A DNA stretch of 64,000 bases from Bacillota bacterium (GCA_023412665.1 JAEZCA010000068.1:3651-67650), one strand, 5' to 3'; counted from the stretch's first letter, positions 34,693 to 45,960 are shown. Numbers and translations: made by a program. The notes: generated by a model not told the origin, from the sequence alone.

Positions 34693-34853
34693 ATTATAGC
34701 GAGGCGAATAATGGGCCCCAGCCCCACCTCTATACGTATTTTCAGACCTTCAGGCTGAAAAATGCTTGGTGGCGGGTACCATTCGGCCTTTCAGATATTT
34801 TCTTTCGATCAATCGAAAGAAAACGATACGGGCATATCTCCCGCCTCGTTATT
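34693..34853 (+). repeat. Modular palindromic intergenic repeat, copy C (long form, alternative inner module)
   Basis: ATTATAGCGAGGCGAATAATGGGCCCCAGCCCCACCTC...TTTTCAGACCTTCAGGCTGAAAA... as in copy A. Carries TTTTCTTTCGAT-CA-ATCGAAAGAAAA in place of the AAGAAAATTTTTC hairpin. Ends CCGCCTCGTTAT. Confidence 0.7.
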
Positions 34854-34855
34854 GC

Positions 34856-36007
34856 TTATCGTATATATTCACCGGTTTGCAGGGTAAATTCACTGTATTT
34901 CATTGCAAGCCTGCAGATCAGTCTTACAATATCCTCACATGCATTGGGCATTGCCAGATTTGCCGCTCCGGCAGACATCCTCCGAAGCAGGAATGGGTTG
35001 TCCAGAGCTTTTTTCAGAACGTCTGTAAGAGATCTGTCATTTGGAAGGCTCATTGCTGCACCGGCATTCTTGAGGAATTCTGCGTTTCTCTCCTCCTGAC
35101 CAGGAATCGGATCCATTATAAATATCGGCAGCCCTTTGACCAGTGCTTCAGATATGGTGACGCCGCCAGGTTTTGTGATGATTGCGCTGGCCGCATCCAT
35201 AAGCCTGCTTATGCTATGTGTGTACCCCAGTACTATTGCCGGTCTTGCAGATTTTGACGAAAGCCTTTCGAGCTCTTCCTTCAGTTTTTTATTCTGTCCT
35301 GTTACAGCAACTATGCTGATTTCTTTCTCAAGCTCCAGAAGTGAGGCGAATACAGACTTCATGTTGCACAAGCCCAAGCTGCCCCCCATTAACAGTATTA
35401 CAGGCTTTTCTACCGGAGCTGTATGTTTTTTTGTTTCACTGCTGCTGTTATTGTTTGTGAATTGCTTTGTTACCGGAATGCCATACGGGTATATCCGGTC
35501 TCTTCTGATCCCCATCCTTGCCATATCTGACTTTATGCTTTCATGGGCTACTATGAAGGCGTCAGTCTCTTCCAGCTTCCAGAAAAAATGGTTTGTATAA
35601 TCAGTCACGATACCGACTAGAGGGATCTGCAGGCCACTTGTTTTTTTCAGCCGGGATACCATCATAAGCGGCATAGTATGTGTGCAGACAACGGCGTCGG
35701 GCATCTCCTCCAGAAGCAGCTTCATCAGCCTTGGGGCCAGCATGCTGTTGAAGCTTTTGACAAAATCCGTGTATACCTCATCTCTTTCAGAGAGATCGTA
35801 TAGTTTTCCGTATATGTATGGAGCTCTTCTGATTGTCTGCAGGTATGTTCCTGTTATCAGCCTGTCGATTACAGGATTTATGTAATTCAGAGCATCGACG
35901 AGCCTTGTCCTGCATCCCGGAATCCGGCTTTCCATATGCTCCATAAGGGCTTGTGAAGCTTTGACATGACCGCCTCCGGTGGATGCGGTCAGGAATAATA
36001 TATTCAT
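34856..36007 (-). CDS. MGDG-synthase-family glycosyltransferase (UgtP-like diacylglycerol glycosyltransferase)
   Basis: MNILFLTASTGGGHVKASQAL N-terminus (ATG 36007, GGAGG Shine-Dalgarno). C-terminal GT28-like ITKPGGVTISEAL...PIPGQEERNA. Confidence 0.85.
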   Translation of the reverse strand: MNILFLTASTGGGHVKASQALMEHMESRIPGCRTRLVDALNYINPVIDRLITGTYLQTIRRAPYIYGKLYDLSERDEVYTDFVKSFNSMLAPRLMKLLLEEMPDAVVCTHTMPLMMVSRLKKTSGLQIPLVGIVTDYTNHFFWKLEETDAFIVAHESIKSDMARMGIRRDRIYPYGIPVTKQFTNNNSSSETKKHTAPVEKPVILLMGGSLGLCNMKSVFASLLELEKEISIVAVTGQNKKLKEELERLSSKSARPAIVLGYTHSISRLMDAASAIITKPGGVTISEALVKGLPIFIMDPIPGQEERNAEFLKNAGAAMSLPNDRSLTDVLKKALDNPFLLRRMSAGAANLAMPNACEDIVRLICRLAMKYSEFTLQTGEYIR

Positions 36008-36166
36008 CGATTCCCTACCTCCGCTATACATTATTAGCAAATTTGACCTCTGTTATTACATTTTCACCTCTTTCGGCCTTTTCTCCGGAATATTTTTTTC
36101 CATTGTGAAGAGAATAATATCGAGGCGATTATTTTATCCCTGAATGCTATTAGAGGAGGGTACACC

Positions 36167-36640
36167 TTGAAGTTCAGAAAAACCGCTTTACTTATTGCAG
36201 GGCTTATTTTAGCAGCAATGTGCGCAGTCGTCGGCCCTGATCCTTTATTCAGACTGAATGCTGCATATGCTCAGAACAGCAGCGTCAGTGAGGAACAGCT
36301 TCTTGCCAGAGCAATCAATGGAGAAGCCAGAGGTGAGCCGTACGAAGGCCAGGTGGCCGTTGGCGCTGTAATTTTGAACAGGGTCAAGGACCCCAATTTT
36401 CCCAACACAGTAGCAGGTGTGATTTACCAGCCTGGGGCTTTCACTGCAGTGTCCGACGGCCAGATAAATGTGCCGATAGACCCCGGTTCCACGGTTGTAA
36501 GGGCTGCTCGTGACGCATTGAACGGATGGGATCCCACAGATGGCTGTATTTACTATTGGAATCCCGCCACCGCAACCAGCTCATGGATCTGGAGCAGAAA
36601 GATCGTAACAAAGATTGGAAAGCACAATTTTGGAGTATGA
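36167..36640 (+). CDS. sleB: Spore cortex-lytic enzyme, SleB/CwlJ-type Hydrolase_2 domain
   Basis: TTG start after AGAGGAGGG. Signal peptide. LLARAINGEARGEPYEGQVAVGAVILNRV...FPNTVAGVIYQPGAFT. Adjacent to ypeB. Confidence 0.8.
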   Translation: MKFRKTALLIAGLILAAMCAVVGPDPLFRLNAAYAQNSSVSEEQLLARAINGEARGEPYEGQVAVGAVILNRVKDPNFPNTVAGVIYQPGAFTAVSDGQINVPIDPGSTVVRAARDALNGWDPTDGCIYYWNPATATSSWIWSRKIVTKIGKHNFGV

Positions 36641-36739
36641 TGAATCAGCTGTGATATAGCCGGTTCATTGAAGCATGTGCGGAACGGAAATTACCGGACG
36701 CATGGGTAATAAAGGAGATTCTTAGGGAGGTAGGAAGCA

Positions 36740-38131
36740 TTGGGCATACGTGATAAACTGCTGGATTTTAAAAGAAGACTATCTGACAGAAAAATGTACA
36801 GCATTGTTATAGTGGTTATCTCAGCAATATCAATATGGGGAATTTATCAGTTCAAACATGCTGCAAACTTGAGACAGGAGCTTGACAGCCAATATAACAG
36901 GGCATTTTATGAAATGGTCGGATATGTGAACAATGTTGAAACGCTTCTGGCTAAATCCATGGTCAGCACAACTACAGAAAGAACAGCGATCACACTCCAG
37001 GAGGCCTGGAAGCAAGCTGACCTGGCCCAGACGAATCTGGGACAGCTGCCGGTCACTCAGCCTGTACTGGCAAGCACATCAAAATTTCTGAACCAGGTGG
37101 GAGATCTCAGCCTGGCGCTTGATAATCAAAATATTAAGGGCAAGTCGCTCAACGATGAGCAGTATGGAATGGTCGAAAAGCTATATAAATATTCATCTTC
37201 ATTAAACGAGAAGCTCAAGGATCTGCAGGATGATCTGAATGCAGGGCGACTGAAATGGGGAGAGCTTGCCAGTAAAGGAACCAGATTATTCAGCAAGACC
37301 AAGCCCGGTGAAATGATGAAAAAGTTCGAGACTGTCGGAGATAATTTTAAGGACTACCCTACGCTTATCTATGATGGTCCGTTTTCTGATCATATGATCA
37401 CTGCAGAAGCCCGCGGGCTTACCGGGGATAATATGAGTGCAGGGAGTGCAAAGGAGAAAGTCACGGAATTCCTGGGGAAGGATCGTGTCCAGGAAGTAAA
37501 GGATACGGGCAAAAGTGATCATGGTCCTATAAAAACCTACAGTTTTCAAACCAAGCTAAAAAACATGCCTGATGATCAGGTAATAGACATAGCTGTCACA
37601 CAAAAGGGAGGTCATGTTGAATGGATGCTCAACAACAGGCCGGTTAACGAGGCAAAGCTTGATATGGAAAAGGCGAAGAAGGCCGGAATAGATTTCCTAA
37701 AGGAAAAGGGCTATGACAACATGAAGGATACCTACTATATCAAGCAGGATAATACAGCAACTATCAATTATGCATATATACAGGATGATGTGACGATATA
37801 TCCGGACCTGATCAAGCTTAAGGTTGCGCTGGATACAGGAGAGATAACCGGTATGGAAGCGAAAACCTACCTGAGCAATCATATAGAACGCGACATCCCT
37901 GATCCCAAAATTTCCATGGAGGAGGCCAGGAAGAAGATCAACGGTAAAATGGAGGTGTTGAGCTCAGGCCTGGCATTCATACCCACAGACTACAAAAAAG
38001 AGCTGTTCTGCTATGAGTTTAAGGGAAAGCTCAACGGCAAGGATTTTCTGGTTTACATCAATGCCGAAACAGGAGAAGAGGAAGATATATTGATGATAGT
38101 CGACACACCAAACGGAATACTTACCATGTAG
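36740..38131 (+). CDS. ypeB: Germination protein YpeB
   Basis: TTG start after GGAGGTAGG. N-terminal TM anchor. PepSY-like C-terminal repeats. sleB-ypeB operon order. Confidence 0.8.
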   Translation: MGIRDKLLDFKRRLSDRKMYSIVIVVISAISIWGIYQFKHAANLRQELDSQYNRAFYEMVGYVNNVETLLAKSMVSTTTERTAITLQEAWKQADLAQTNLGQLPVTQPVLASTSKFLNQVGDLSLALDNQNIKGKSLNDEQYGMVEKLYKYSSSLNEKLKDLQDDLNAGRLKWGELASKGTRLFSKTKPGEMMKKFETVGDNFKDYPTLIYDGPFSDHMITAEARGLTGDNMSAGSAKEKVTEFLGKDRVQEVKDTGKSDHGPIKTYSFQTKLKNMPDDQVIDIAVTQKGGHVEWMLNNRPVNEAKLDMEKAKKAGIDFLKEKGYDNMKDTYYIKQDNTATINYAYIQDDVTIYPDLIKLKVALDTGEITGMEAKTYLSNHIERDIPDPKISMEEARKKINGKMEVLSSGLAFIPTDYKKELFCYEFKGKLNGKDFLVYINAETGEEEDILMIVDTPNGILTM

Positions 38132-38194
38132 ATCAGCCTTGAGTAATTAATTGCATTTCCGGGAATATGGGGCAGCGCTTTTTTGAAAGCAATG

Positions 38195-38221
38195 CCCCTG
38201 TTTTCGGGGGGGGGACAGGGG
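38195..38221. terminator. Bidirectional stem-loop between convergent ypeB and the dnaI-like gene
   Basis: CCCCTGT-TTTCGGGGGGGGG-ACAGGGG. Confidence 0.55.
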
Positions 38222-38261
38222 TGTAGTCCCGTGCTCTGTGGCACTGACCTCAGTCAGTATT

Positions 38262-39290
38262 TCAGGCCTTCTTCATTCGGATGTCATCGCCTGCGAAGCG
38301 GAAGATGTCAAAACCGCCTGTTATTCTTGAAACGATCCTTTCGTCATAATACTCAAACAGCTTTTTCAGGTCGATGTTTGTAGCAATTACGGTTTTACAT
38401 GGTCTTTTGATATCATTTGACATCCTGGTATCGATAATATTCAATAGCTCAGCGTAACGCATCGCGGTTGGTGATTCAGTTCCGAGATCGTCTATTATCA
38501 GAAGCTCTGTTTCGAGTATGTTTTTATACAAAGAGGAATCGTAATCCTCATTGTTATTAGTATTATACCGGTACTCATATATAGTATTGAACAGGGCAGG
38601 AGCTGTCTGGTAAAGGACAGTATGCCCGGATCTCATCAGGTCCATTGAAAGACACACTGCCATAAATGTCTTCCCGACTCCGGTAGGACCGCAGAAAAGG
38701 AGATTCTTTATATCCGGGCTGCCAAAGTTCTTGATGAAATTGCGGCAGTTATCCAGTATCCCCGTGATCTGTCGGCGGGGAGACTTCTTGATGCCGTACT
38801 TCTCCTCATTGACCGTATCCGGGTAAAACTCCGTATTGAAGCATTCCAGCCCGCCATTGCCTGCGATGCATATATTTGACTGATCGTACAGATGGTTTAT
38901 AAGAAGCTGACGATAGCAAATGCACAGTGTGTCGCCATCTCCGTCAGGTGAGGCGACTATGCCGGTATCGGAGCATTTTTGACACTCATATACCGGGTTC
39001 AGGTAATCCTTGTCATAGTCATTGGCTGCCAGAAGATCGGATCTTTCCTTCCTGAGCTGTTCTATAGTGCTCGAGAGCCGGGCTGCTGCGCTGTCGGAAG
39101 GCACTGTTCCCAGAAGTATCGCTTTATTGTATTTCAAGCCTGCAGCATGGATCTCCCTCTCAATCTCTTCAAGCCGCGGGATGTGGTAATAAAGCCCTGC
39201 TTTTCTTTCTTCCAGCTGATCCTGAGCCCTTTTGCGTTTTTTCTCATATTCGTTTTTTATGAACTGATGTATATTGAGACTCGTGCCCAT
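38262..39290 (-). CDS. DnaC/DnaI-like helicase-loader ATPase
   Basis: Zn-ribbon-like CQKCSDTG...CICYR. Walker A GPTGVGKTF. Walker B LLIIDDLG. Confidence 0.8.
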   Translation of the reverse strand: MGTSLNIHQFIKNEYEKKRKRAQDQLEERKAGLYYHIPRLEEIEREIHAAGLKYNKAILLGTVPSDSAAARLSSTIEQLRKERSDLLAANDYDKDYLNPVYECQKCSDTGIVASPDGDGDTLCICYRQLLINHLYDQSNICIAGNGGLECFNTEFYPDTVNEEKYGIKKSPRRQITGILDNCRNFIKNFGSPDIKNLLFCGPTGVGKTFMAVCLSMDLMRSGHTVLYQTAPALFNTIYEYRYNTNNNEDYDSSLYKNILETELLIIDDLGTESPTAMRYAELLNIIDTRMSNDIKRPCKTVIATNIDLKKLFEYYDERIVSRITGGFDIFRFAGDDIRMKKA

Positions 39291-39367
39291 TAATCCAATC
39301 CTCTCAAAAAAACATTATTATCCTATTTGTTTTATCTGTCATTTGAATATCAATATAGGTTTAATTG

Positions 39368-40348
39368 TCAAACATCCTTATAGAGCTTATCAAAATATTC
39401 ATCATCATATTTTCGCTGATCAAAATTGCCCTTTTGAGGGATAGTCTTCTCCCTTGCTTTGGGCTTCCCTGGGTCAGATGGTCTTTTCTCTCCTTCAGCT
39501 GCGGTGATCTCGTCTTTTGTCTTATATCCCTTGTCATGCCAGTTGGTCAGTATTTTGTTGATATACTCGAAGCTCGGATTTACAGCTGAAGTCGTTCGTT
39601 TAAGGGCAAGTTCTATGATACCGCCGTCATAACCGTATTCAGAAACCCATTTCTCAACATAAGCCTCCTCGTACTCTGTTAAGAGTCCCTGCTTTCTGAG
39701 CTTCTTTAGTATCATTCCACGTATGTCCTTTATCTTTTGGGCTTCCATGGAGTATTTATCCAGATCGAAGCTGTTGCGGATGTTTTTGCTGTGCCAGTTA
39801 TCTGCGACCTTTGCAATATACTGGCGGGAAAGGGCCTTATAGTCATAGCAGTGCTTGAACAGGGCAAACATAACGTCTTCCTCGAACTGATACTTGTCAA
39901 ACCATGAGTCTATGTCCGTATACCAGGAAGGTGACATGACACCTTGAAAAAACGCATTGTTTATGCTTGAAATGAAGCGGCTGCGCTTTTTGCTCCGTTC
40001 GCTGCTGAGTTCGGCCTCTTCCGGTGTGGACGTTGTCTTTGCGCGGTAGACCTTTTTTATTTCCCTCTCCTTAAGATCGGTGATGCTGATGATGTTTTCA
40101 TTCGTCCCTCTTGATAAAAGGCCAAGCTCTTCGAGACGAACAAGAGCTTCCTTCACCCGTGGCGTCTGCAGCTCCAGCTTCCTTGCTATATCCTCAGAAG
40201 AGGGGTTTTTTCTGTATTTGCCCAAGAACACGCAATATAGATATACCTTGATAAAGTCGCTTTCCAGCGACGGCATGTACTCTGAGATAAAAACATCCGG
40301 TATGAGTGTATCTGAATAAAGCATTGATAAGTTCGCATCAAAAACCAT
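39368..40348 (-). CDS. DnaD-domain replication initiation protein (DnaB/DnaD-like)
   Basis: N-terminal winged-helix-like FIKVYLYCVFLG. C-terminal DnaD-type repeats (YIAKVADNWHSKNI; YINKILTNWHDKGYKT). Upstream of the dnaI-like gene. Confidence 0.8.
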   Translation of the reverse strand: MVFDANLSMLYSDTLIPDVFISEYMPSLESDFIKVYLYCVFLGKYRKNPSSEDIARKLELQTPRVKEALVRLEELGLLSRGTNENIISITDLKEREIKKVYRAKTTSTPEEAELSSERSKKRSRFISSINNAFFQGVMSPSWYTDIDSWFDKYQFEEDVMFALFKHCYDYKALSRQYIAKVADNWHSKNIRNSFDLDKYSMEAQKIKDIRGMILKKLRKQGLLTEYEEAYVEKWVSEYGYDGGIIELALKRTTSAVNPSFEYINKILTNWHDKGYKTKDEITAAEGEKRPSDPGKPKAREKTIPQKGNFDQRKYDDEYFDKLYKDV

Positions 40349-40643
40349 TAAAATGACCTCGCTACTATATATCTGTATGTATTTGGTATGCTATCTGTCA
40401 TTATCCACCGTAGGACATTGATTCATTATCCATTATATCACACACACTGCGTGATAAAAACTATTAAAACCATGTGACATTTCATAGCACAGCGAAATCC
40501 GTTTGATGGGTGTAAATCTGCATTTGCAGCTCATGCTGCATTTCATGAAATACCTTATTTGCTGAAATCCACATAAATACAGTTGATTTTTGGCTGGGAA
40601 AGTATTATCATATATTATGCACTGTAGATAAGTGCGGTAATAT

Positions 40644-40720
40644 GCGCCCATAGCTCAATTGGATAGAGCGTCTGGCTACGGACCAGAAGGTTGTGGATTC
40701 GATCTCTGCTGGGCGCGCCA
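40644..40720 (+). tRNA. tRNA-Arg (anticodon ACG)
   Basis: Hand-folded cloverleaf. Acceptor GCGCCCA/TGGGCGC. D arm GCTC-AATTGGATA-GAGC. Anticodon stem TCTGG/CCAGA with loop CTACGGA. T loop TTCGATC. Encoded CCA. 77 nt. Confidence 0.9.
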
Positions 40721-40721
40721 G

Positions 40722-40766
40722 AAAAGGCCGATACTTCAAGGATATGAGGTATCGGCCTTTTTGCAG
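40722..40766 (+). terminator. Rho-independent terminator after the tRNA
   Basis: AAAAGGCCGATAC ... GTATCGGCCTTTTT. Confidence 0.75.
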
Positions 40767-40858
40767 AAAAAGGGTTGGCTGTTTGTATTATTAATAGTAA
40801 AATACTTGTATGTGTACAAAACTTTTGATTATATAAATCAAATACAGGGGGCTTTGAT

Positions 40859-42022
40859 ATGCAGTACAGAAATTTTGGGAAGCATGAGCTGAAGGTTTCA
40901 GCGCTCGGCTTTGGTGCAATGAGGCTGCCGACAAGGAAGATCCAGGGCGCCGGGAACAGGCTTGACAGCAATATAGATGAGGCTGAAGCCATAAAAATGA
41001 TCCGGTATGCTATAGACAACGGAGTCAATTATGTTGATACGGCATACGGATACCATGGGGGCGAAAGTGAGATCCTCACCGGAAAAGCTTTGCAGGATGG
41101 GTACAGAAATAAGACCATGTTGGCTACAAAATCACCGGTCTGGCACATAAAAAAGCCTGAGGATTTCGACAGGTTGTTGGATGAACAGCTGAGCAAGCTG
41201 CAGACTGAGTATGTGGATTTCTATCTGCTGCATGCGATCGGCAGGCATTCATGGAGGAATACAGTGCTGAAGCAGGACGTGCTCCAGCGCGCAGAAGCTG
41301 CCAAAAAGGCAGGTAAAATAAAGTATCTTGGATTTTCCTTCCATGATGATATCAATGCATTCAAAGAAATAGTGGACGGCTATGACAAATGGGATTTTTG
41401 CCAGATACAGTACAATTATATGGATATCGAAAACCAGGCGGGGATGGAAGGCTTGAAATATGCAGCTTCAAAGGGCCTGGCAGTTGTCATAATGGAGCCT
41501 TTGCTCGGAGGAAGGCTTGCCAATCCGCCGAAGGATATCAAGGCTATATTTGATGAGAGCGGTACCGGCAGATCAGCGTCGGACTGGGGCCTTGAGTGGC
41601 TGTGGAACCAGCCTGAGGTTTCGGTTGTACTCAGCGGTATGAGTACCATGCGGCAGGTTGAGGAGAATATCGCGGCTGCAGACAGGTCGGGAGTCGGAGG
41701 GTTTAGTCTGAGCGAGCTTGACGTAATAGAACGTGTTCGAAAAAAGTATAACGATCGAGCTGCCATACCCTGTACCGGCTGTTATTATTGCATGCCCTGC
41801 CCGAATAAAGTCGATATACCAAGGAATTTTTCAATTTATAATGATGGTGTAATTCATGAGGATATTGATGGGGCGACGGTAACGTACAATAATTTCTTTG
41901 ATGCTGCAAATCGTGCTGACCAGTGTGTGACATGCAGGATATGTGAGGATAAATGTCCACAGAAAATACCGATCAGCGGATGGCTGCAGAAAGTCAGTGA
42001 AACTCTGGCGAAAAAGGTGTGA
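40859..42022 (+). CDS. Aldo/keto reductase with C-terminal 4Fe-4S cluster domain
   Basis: LGFGAMRLP...VDTAYGYHGGESE AKR core. CTGCYYCMPCP and CVTCRICEDKCP cysteine motifs. Confidence 0.9.
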   Translation: MQYRNFGKHELKVSALGFGAMRLPTRKIQGAGNRLDSNIDEAEAIKMIRYAIDNGVNYVDTAYGYHGGESEILTGKALQDGYRNKTMLATKSPVWHIKKPEDFDRLLDEQLSKLQTEYVDFYLLHAIGRHSWRNTVLKQDVLQRAEAAKKAGKIKYLGFSFHDDINAFKEIVDGYDKWDFCQIQYNYMDIENQAGMEGLKYAASKGLAVVIMEPLLGGRLANPPKDIKAIFDESGTGRSASDWGLEWLWNQPEVSVVLSGMSTMRQVEENIAAADRSGVGGFSLSELDVIERVRKKYNDRAAIPCTGCYYCMPCPNKVDIPRNFSIYNDGVIHEDIDGATVTYNNFFDAANRADQCVTCRICEDKCPQKIPISGWLQKVSETLAKKV

Positions 42023-42075
42023 TGACACTCCTTTGCATGTGGTGTATTTTGTGAGAGATGTTGTGAGAATGTATA

Positions 42076-42108
42076 AAAGCCCGGCCTGTTAGAATAAGGC
42101 CGGGCTTT
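42076..42108. terminator. Bidirectional terminator between the AKR gene and gdhA
   Basis: AAAGCCCGGCC-N11-GGCCGGGCTTT. Confidence 0.75.
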
Positions 42109-42167
42109 AAATGTACTGTTAATTATTTGCTCAAGAAGGGCGACCCCTTTTAAAGGGTGTCACCATA

Positions 42168-43520
<1,353 letters not shown>

Positions 43521-43878
43521 CTAAATCTGAGAAAATTACATTCATCTGCGGTATCTTTTGTGAAATAACCGTAATGCAATCCTTCATTTTTGCAAATTCG
43601 CCTCAAATGGCATTATATTCTATAAACAGCTTGTAATGTGCTCATTCAATGGCTTTACTATAATAATATATACGTGTTGTTATAGATTTGTCAAGAAAAA
43701 TATGAAGGAAGTGCTAAATTAAAATTGCATAATTTATCTTATACCTTCAAGCCCGATTCTGCGCGCTTTTACAACTTTAAACAGAATTTCATGTACATTT
43801 AATACAACGCTATATGTTTTACGTCATTCTATATGGTAAAATACCTAGAGGAATGTCGTAATTTGTTGAGGTGAGAAT

Positions 43879-44982
43879 GTGTTCAGAGTATTGCTTGTTG
43901 ATGATATGGAAATTAGCCGCAGGCAGGTCAGGAGATTAAACCTTTGGAACGGTGAGACCAGTTTCTCTATAGAAGCTGAGGCTCAAAACGGGCAGGAAGC
44001 TCTAAATTTACTCAAGCATGAACACTTCGACCTGCTCATAACAGATATTAAGATGCCTAAGATCGACGGAATCGAGCTTCTCCGGGAGATTGCAGGAAAA
44101 GGTCTTTGTCCCTGCGTCGTGCTGCTCAGTGACTATGAGGACTTTTCCTTTGCAAAGCAGGGGATCCTGCACGGAGCATTCGATTATCTCGGAAAACCTC
44201 CTGAATACGAGATCATGTTGGACATGTTAAAAAGGGTGGAGCAGTTTCTTATCAGGAAGCAAAAAGAGGACGAACTCGTTAAAAATCTGGCAGAAAAGCT
44301 TGAAGAAAAAATAGAGGAGGCATTTCCGTCGTCAGAACTTGAGCTTTTGATTGATGCGGTAAAAGGAAAGAATCCTGATATTAAGGCGGCTGTAAATAGC
44401 CTGACAGGTGCAATTTCGGCACTTTTCGGGAATGATATCATAAAAGCCGGCACAGCTCTGAAAAAGTCAATGACCGAACTGATCTCACAGCTAAAATCAT
44501 ATTTTTTATGGATGGATATGTTCGTTGACTGCAATAAGTATAAAACTCTTGATTATATCGGAATGGATGATGTACAGGCGGCTTTCAGCATCTTTGGAGT
44601 TGCCGTGGAGAGTATTGCTCAAGAGATCGGCAGGCTTGAATATGGCAATGCTGAAAACCAGATAGAGTACAGGATCTGCAGGTTTGTTCTGGAAAATGTA
44701 GATAATGAGATATCCATTGAAAAAATTGCAAAGGCTTTATATATGAACCGCAAATACATAAGCGAGGTTTTCAGACAAAGGACGGGTGAGCTTTTGATCG
44801 ATTATATAACCAGGGTAAAAATGACCCGTGCTGCGCGCCTGCTTACGCAAGGTGTCCAAAAGACATATGAGATAGCTTTGCAGCTTGGTTACCGGGATAC
44901 GGAATACTTCAGCAGGTTATTCAAGAAGCATATGGAAGTTAACCCGAGCGACTACAGGAACATGAGAATCGAAAAGTTATAA
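43879..44982 (+). CDS. Response regulator with AraC-type HTH output (YesN-like), no cognate kinase adjacent
   Basis: GTG start. REC domain VLLVDDMEI...DLLITDIKMPKIDG. C-terminal AraC HTH (YEIALQLGYRDTEYFSRLFKK). Confidence 0.85.
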   Translation: MFRVLLVDDMEISRRQVRRLNLWNGETSFSIEAEAQNGQEALNLLKHEHFDLLITDIKMPKIDGIELLREIAGKGLCPCVVLLSDYEDFSFAKQGILHGAFDYLGKPPEYEIMLDMLKRVEQFLIRKQKEDELVKNLAEKLEEKIEEAFPSSELELLIDAVKGKNPDIKAAVNSLTGAISALFGNDIIKAGTALKKSMTELISQLKSYFLWMDMFVDCNKYKTLDYIGMDDVQAAFSIFGVAVESIAQEIGRLEYGNAENQIEYRICRFVLENVDNEISIEKIAKALYMNRKYISEVFRQRTGELLIDYITRVKMTRAARLLTQGVQKTYEIALQLGYRDTEYFSRLFKKHMEVNPSDYRNMRIEKL

Positions 44983-45078
44983 TCTGACATAATTCGGGGT
45001 ATTAACAAGAAATAATTCATTAAAATATTTTTTTTTACAAGGTATTATAATTAAGGGATATTATGATACCTTGTTTTT

Positions 45079-45214
45079 GTTATAATGAGGCAACAGATGG
45101 GCCCCCGTCCCACCTCATTGAAACGCGCAGAGGTAAGAAAAATTTTCTACAATCTAAAATTTTTCTTTGAATGATGCGTTATAATGAGGCAATTAATATT
45201 TTGCCTCATTGAAA
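45079..45214 (+). repeat. Modular palindromic intergenic repeat, copy D
   Basis: GTTATAATGAGGCAACAGATGGGCCCCCGTCCCACCTCATTGAAACGCG...AAGAAAAATTTTC-N9-AAAATTTTTCTT...GCGTTATAATGAGGCAATTAATATTTTGCCTCATTGAAA. Confidence 0.65.
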
Positions 45215-45251
45215 TGATTCGTATAAAACTAGATTGGTGGATGAGTATAGT

Positions 45252-45644
45252 ATGGACAATGGAGCTATACTGTCGGTTATCGTTGTGGAGGATTCACAAT
45301 TTTTTGCGGATCTGGCTGTGAGGATACTGAAGAGAAGCGGGCTTAACTTTAATAGTAAAATAGTATCATCCAGAACTGCATTGCAAAAAGCACTGAAGGA
45401 GGATCGGTGTGACATTATCCTCAGTGATAATGCCATGCCCGGATTTAATGCATTAGGAGCGCTGGAGATAAAAAACGACATATGCAGTGAAATACCGTTT
45501 GTTATAGTTTCTGAAGACGTAAGCCAGAATGAATTGGAAGAAGCTTTCGAGAAAGGCTGTGATTCTTATCTCCCAAAGGACAGGATCACTGATTTGCCGG
45601 AGGTTGTAAGACAGGTGCTGCGTGCTTCGGAATCTAAAACATAG
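45252..45644 (+). CDS. Stand-alone receiver (REC) domain protein
   Basis: IVVEDSQFF...DIILSDNAMPGFNAL...SYLPKD. The start is uncertain (TTG 45234 or ATG 45252). Confidence 0.7.
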   Translation: MDNGAILSVIVVEDSQFFADLAVRILKRSGLNFNSKIVSSRTALQKALKEDRCDIILSDNAMPGFNALGALEIKNDICSEIPFVIVSEDVSQNELEEAFEKGCDSYLPKDRITDLPEVVRQVLRASESKT

Positions 45645-45689
45645 ATGTTAACATGCAGTAATTTACGCAATCTGAAAGGGGGTGAAGGA

Positions 45690-45929
45690 ATGAAGTCCAC
45701 CGGTATAGTGAGAAAGGTTGATGAATTGGGAAGAGTCGTTCTGCCGATAGAGTTGAGAAGAACACTGGACATTGCTGAGAAGGATGCACTGGAAATTTTT
45801 ATTGATGGTGCAAATATTATATTGAAGAAATATGAACCGGCTTGTATATTCTGTGGTGATGCCAAGGACGTCATTAACTATAAGGGCAAAAACATATGCT
45901 CTGCTTGTATGAAGGAGCTAAAGGGTTAA
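45690..45929 (+). CDS. abrB: AbrB-family transition-state regulator
   Basis: MKSTGIVRKVDELGRVVLPIELRRTLDIAEKDALEIF is nearly identical to the AbrB N-domain. Clostridial-type C-terminus CIFCG...CSAC. AGGGGG Shine-Dalgarno. Confidence 0.9.
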   Translation: MKSTGIVRKVDELGRVVLPIELRRTLDIAEKDALEIFIDGANIILKKYEPACIFCGDAKDVINYKGKNICSACMKELKG

Positions 45930-45960
45930 GCTGTCTGACAGGCAGGCATCCTGATTCCTG

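Noticed and set aside
34686-35257. Plus-strand ORFs 34686..35099 and 34766..35257
   Set aside because: They begin inside repeat copy C and run antisense to the UgtP-like glycosyltransferase gene. No motifs recognised.
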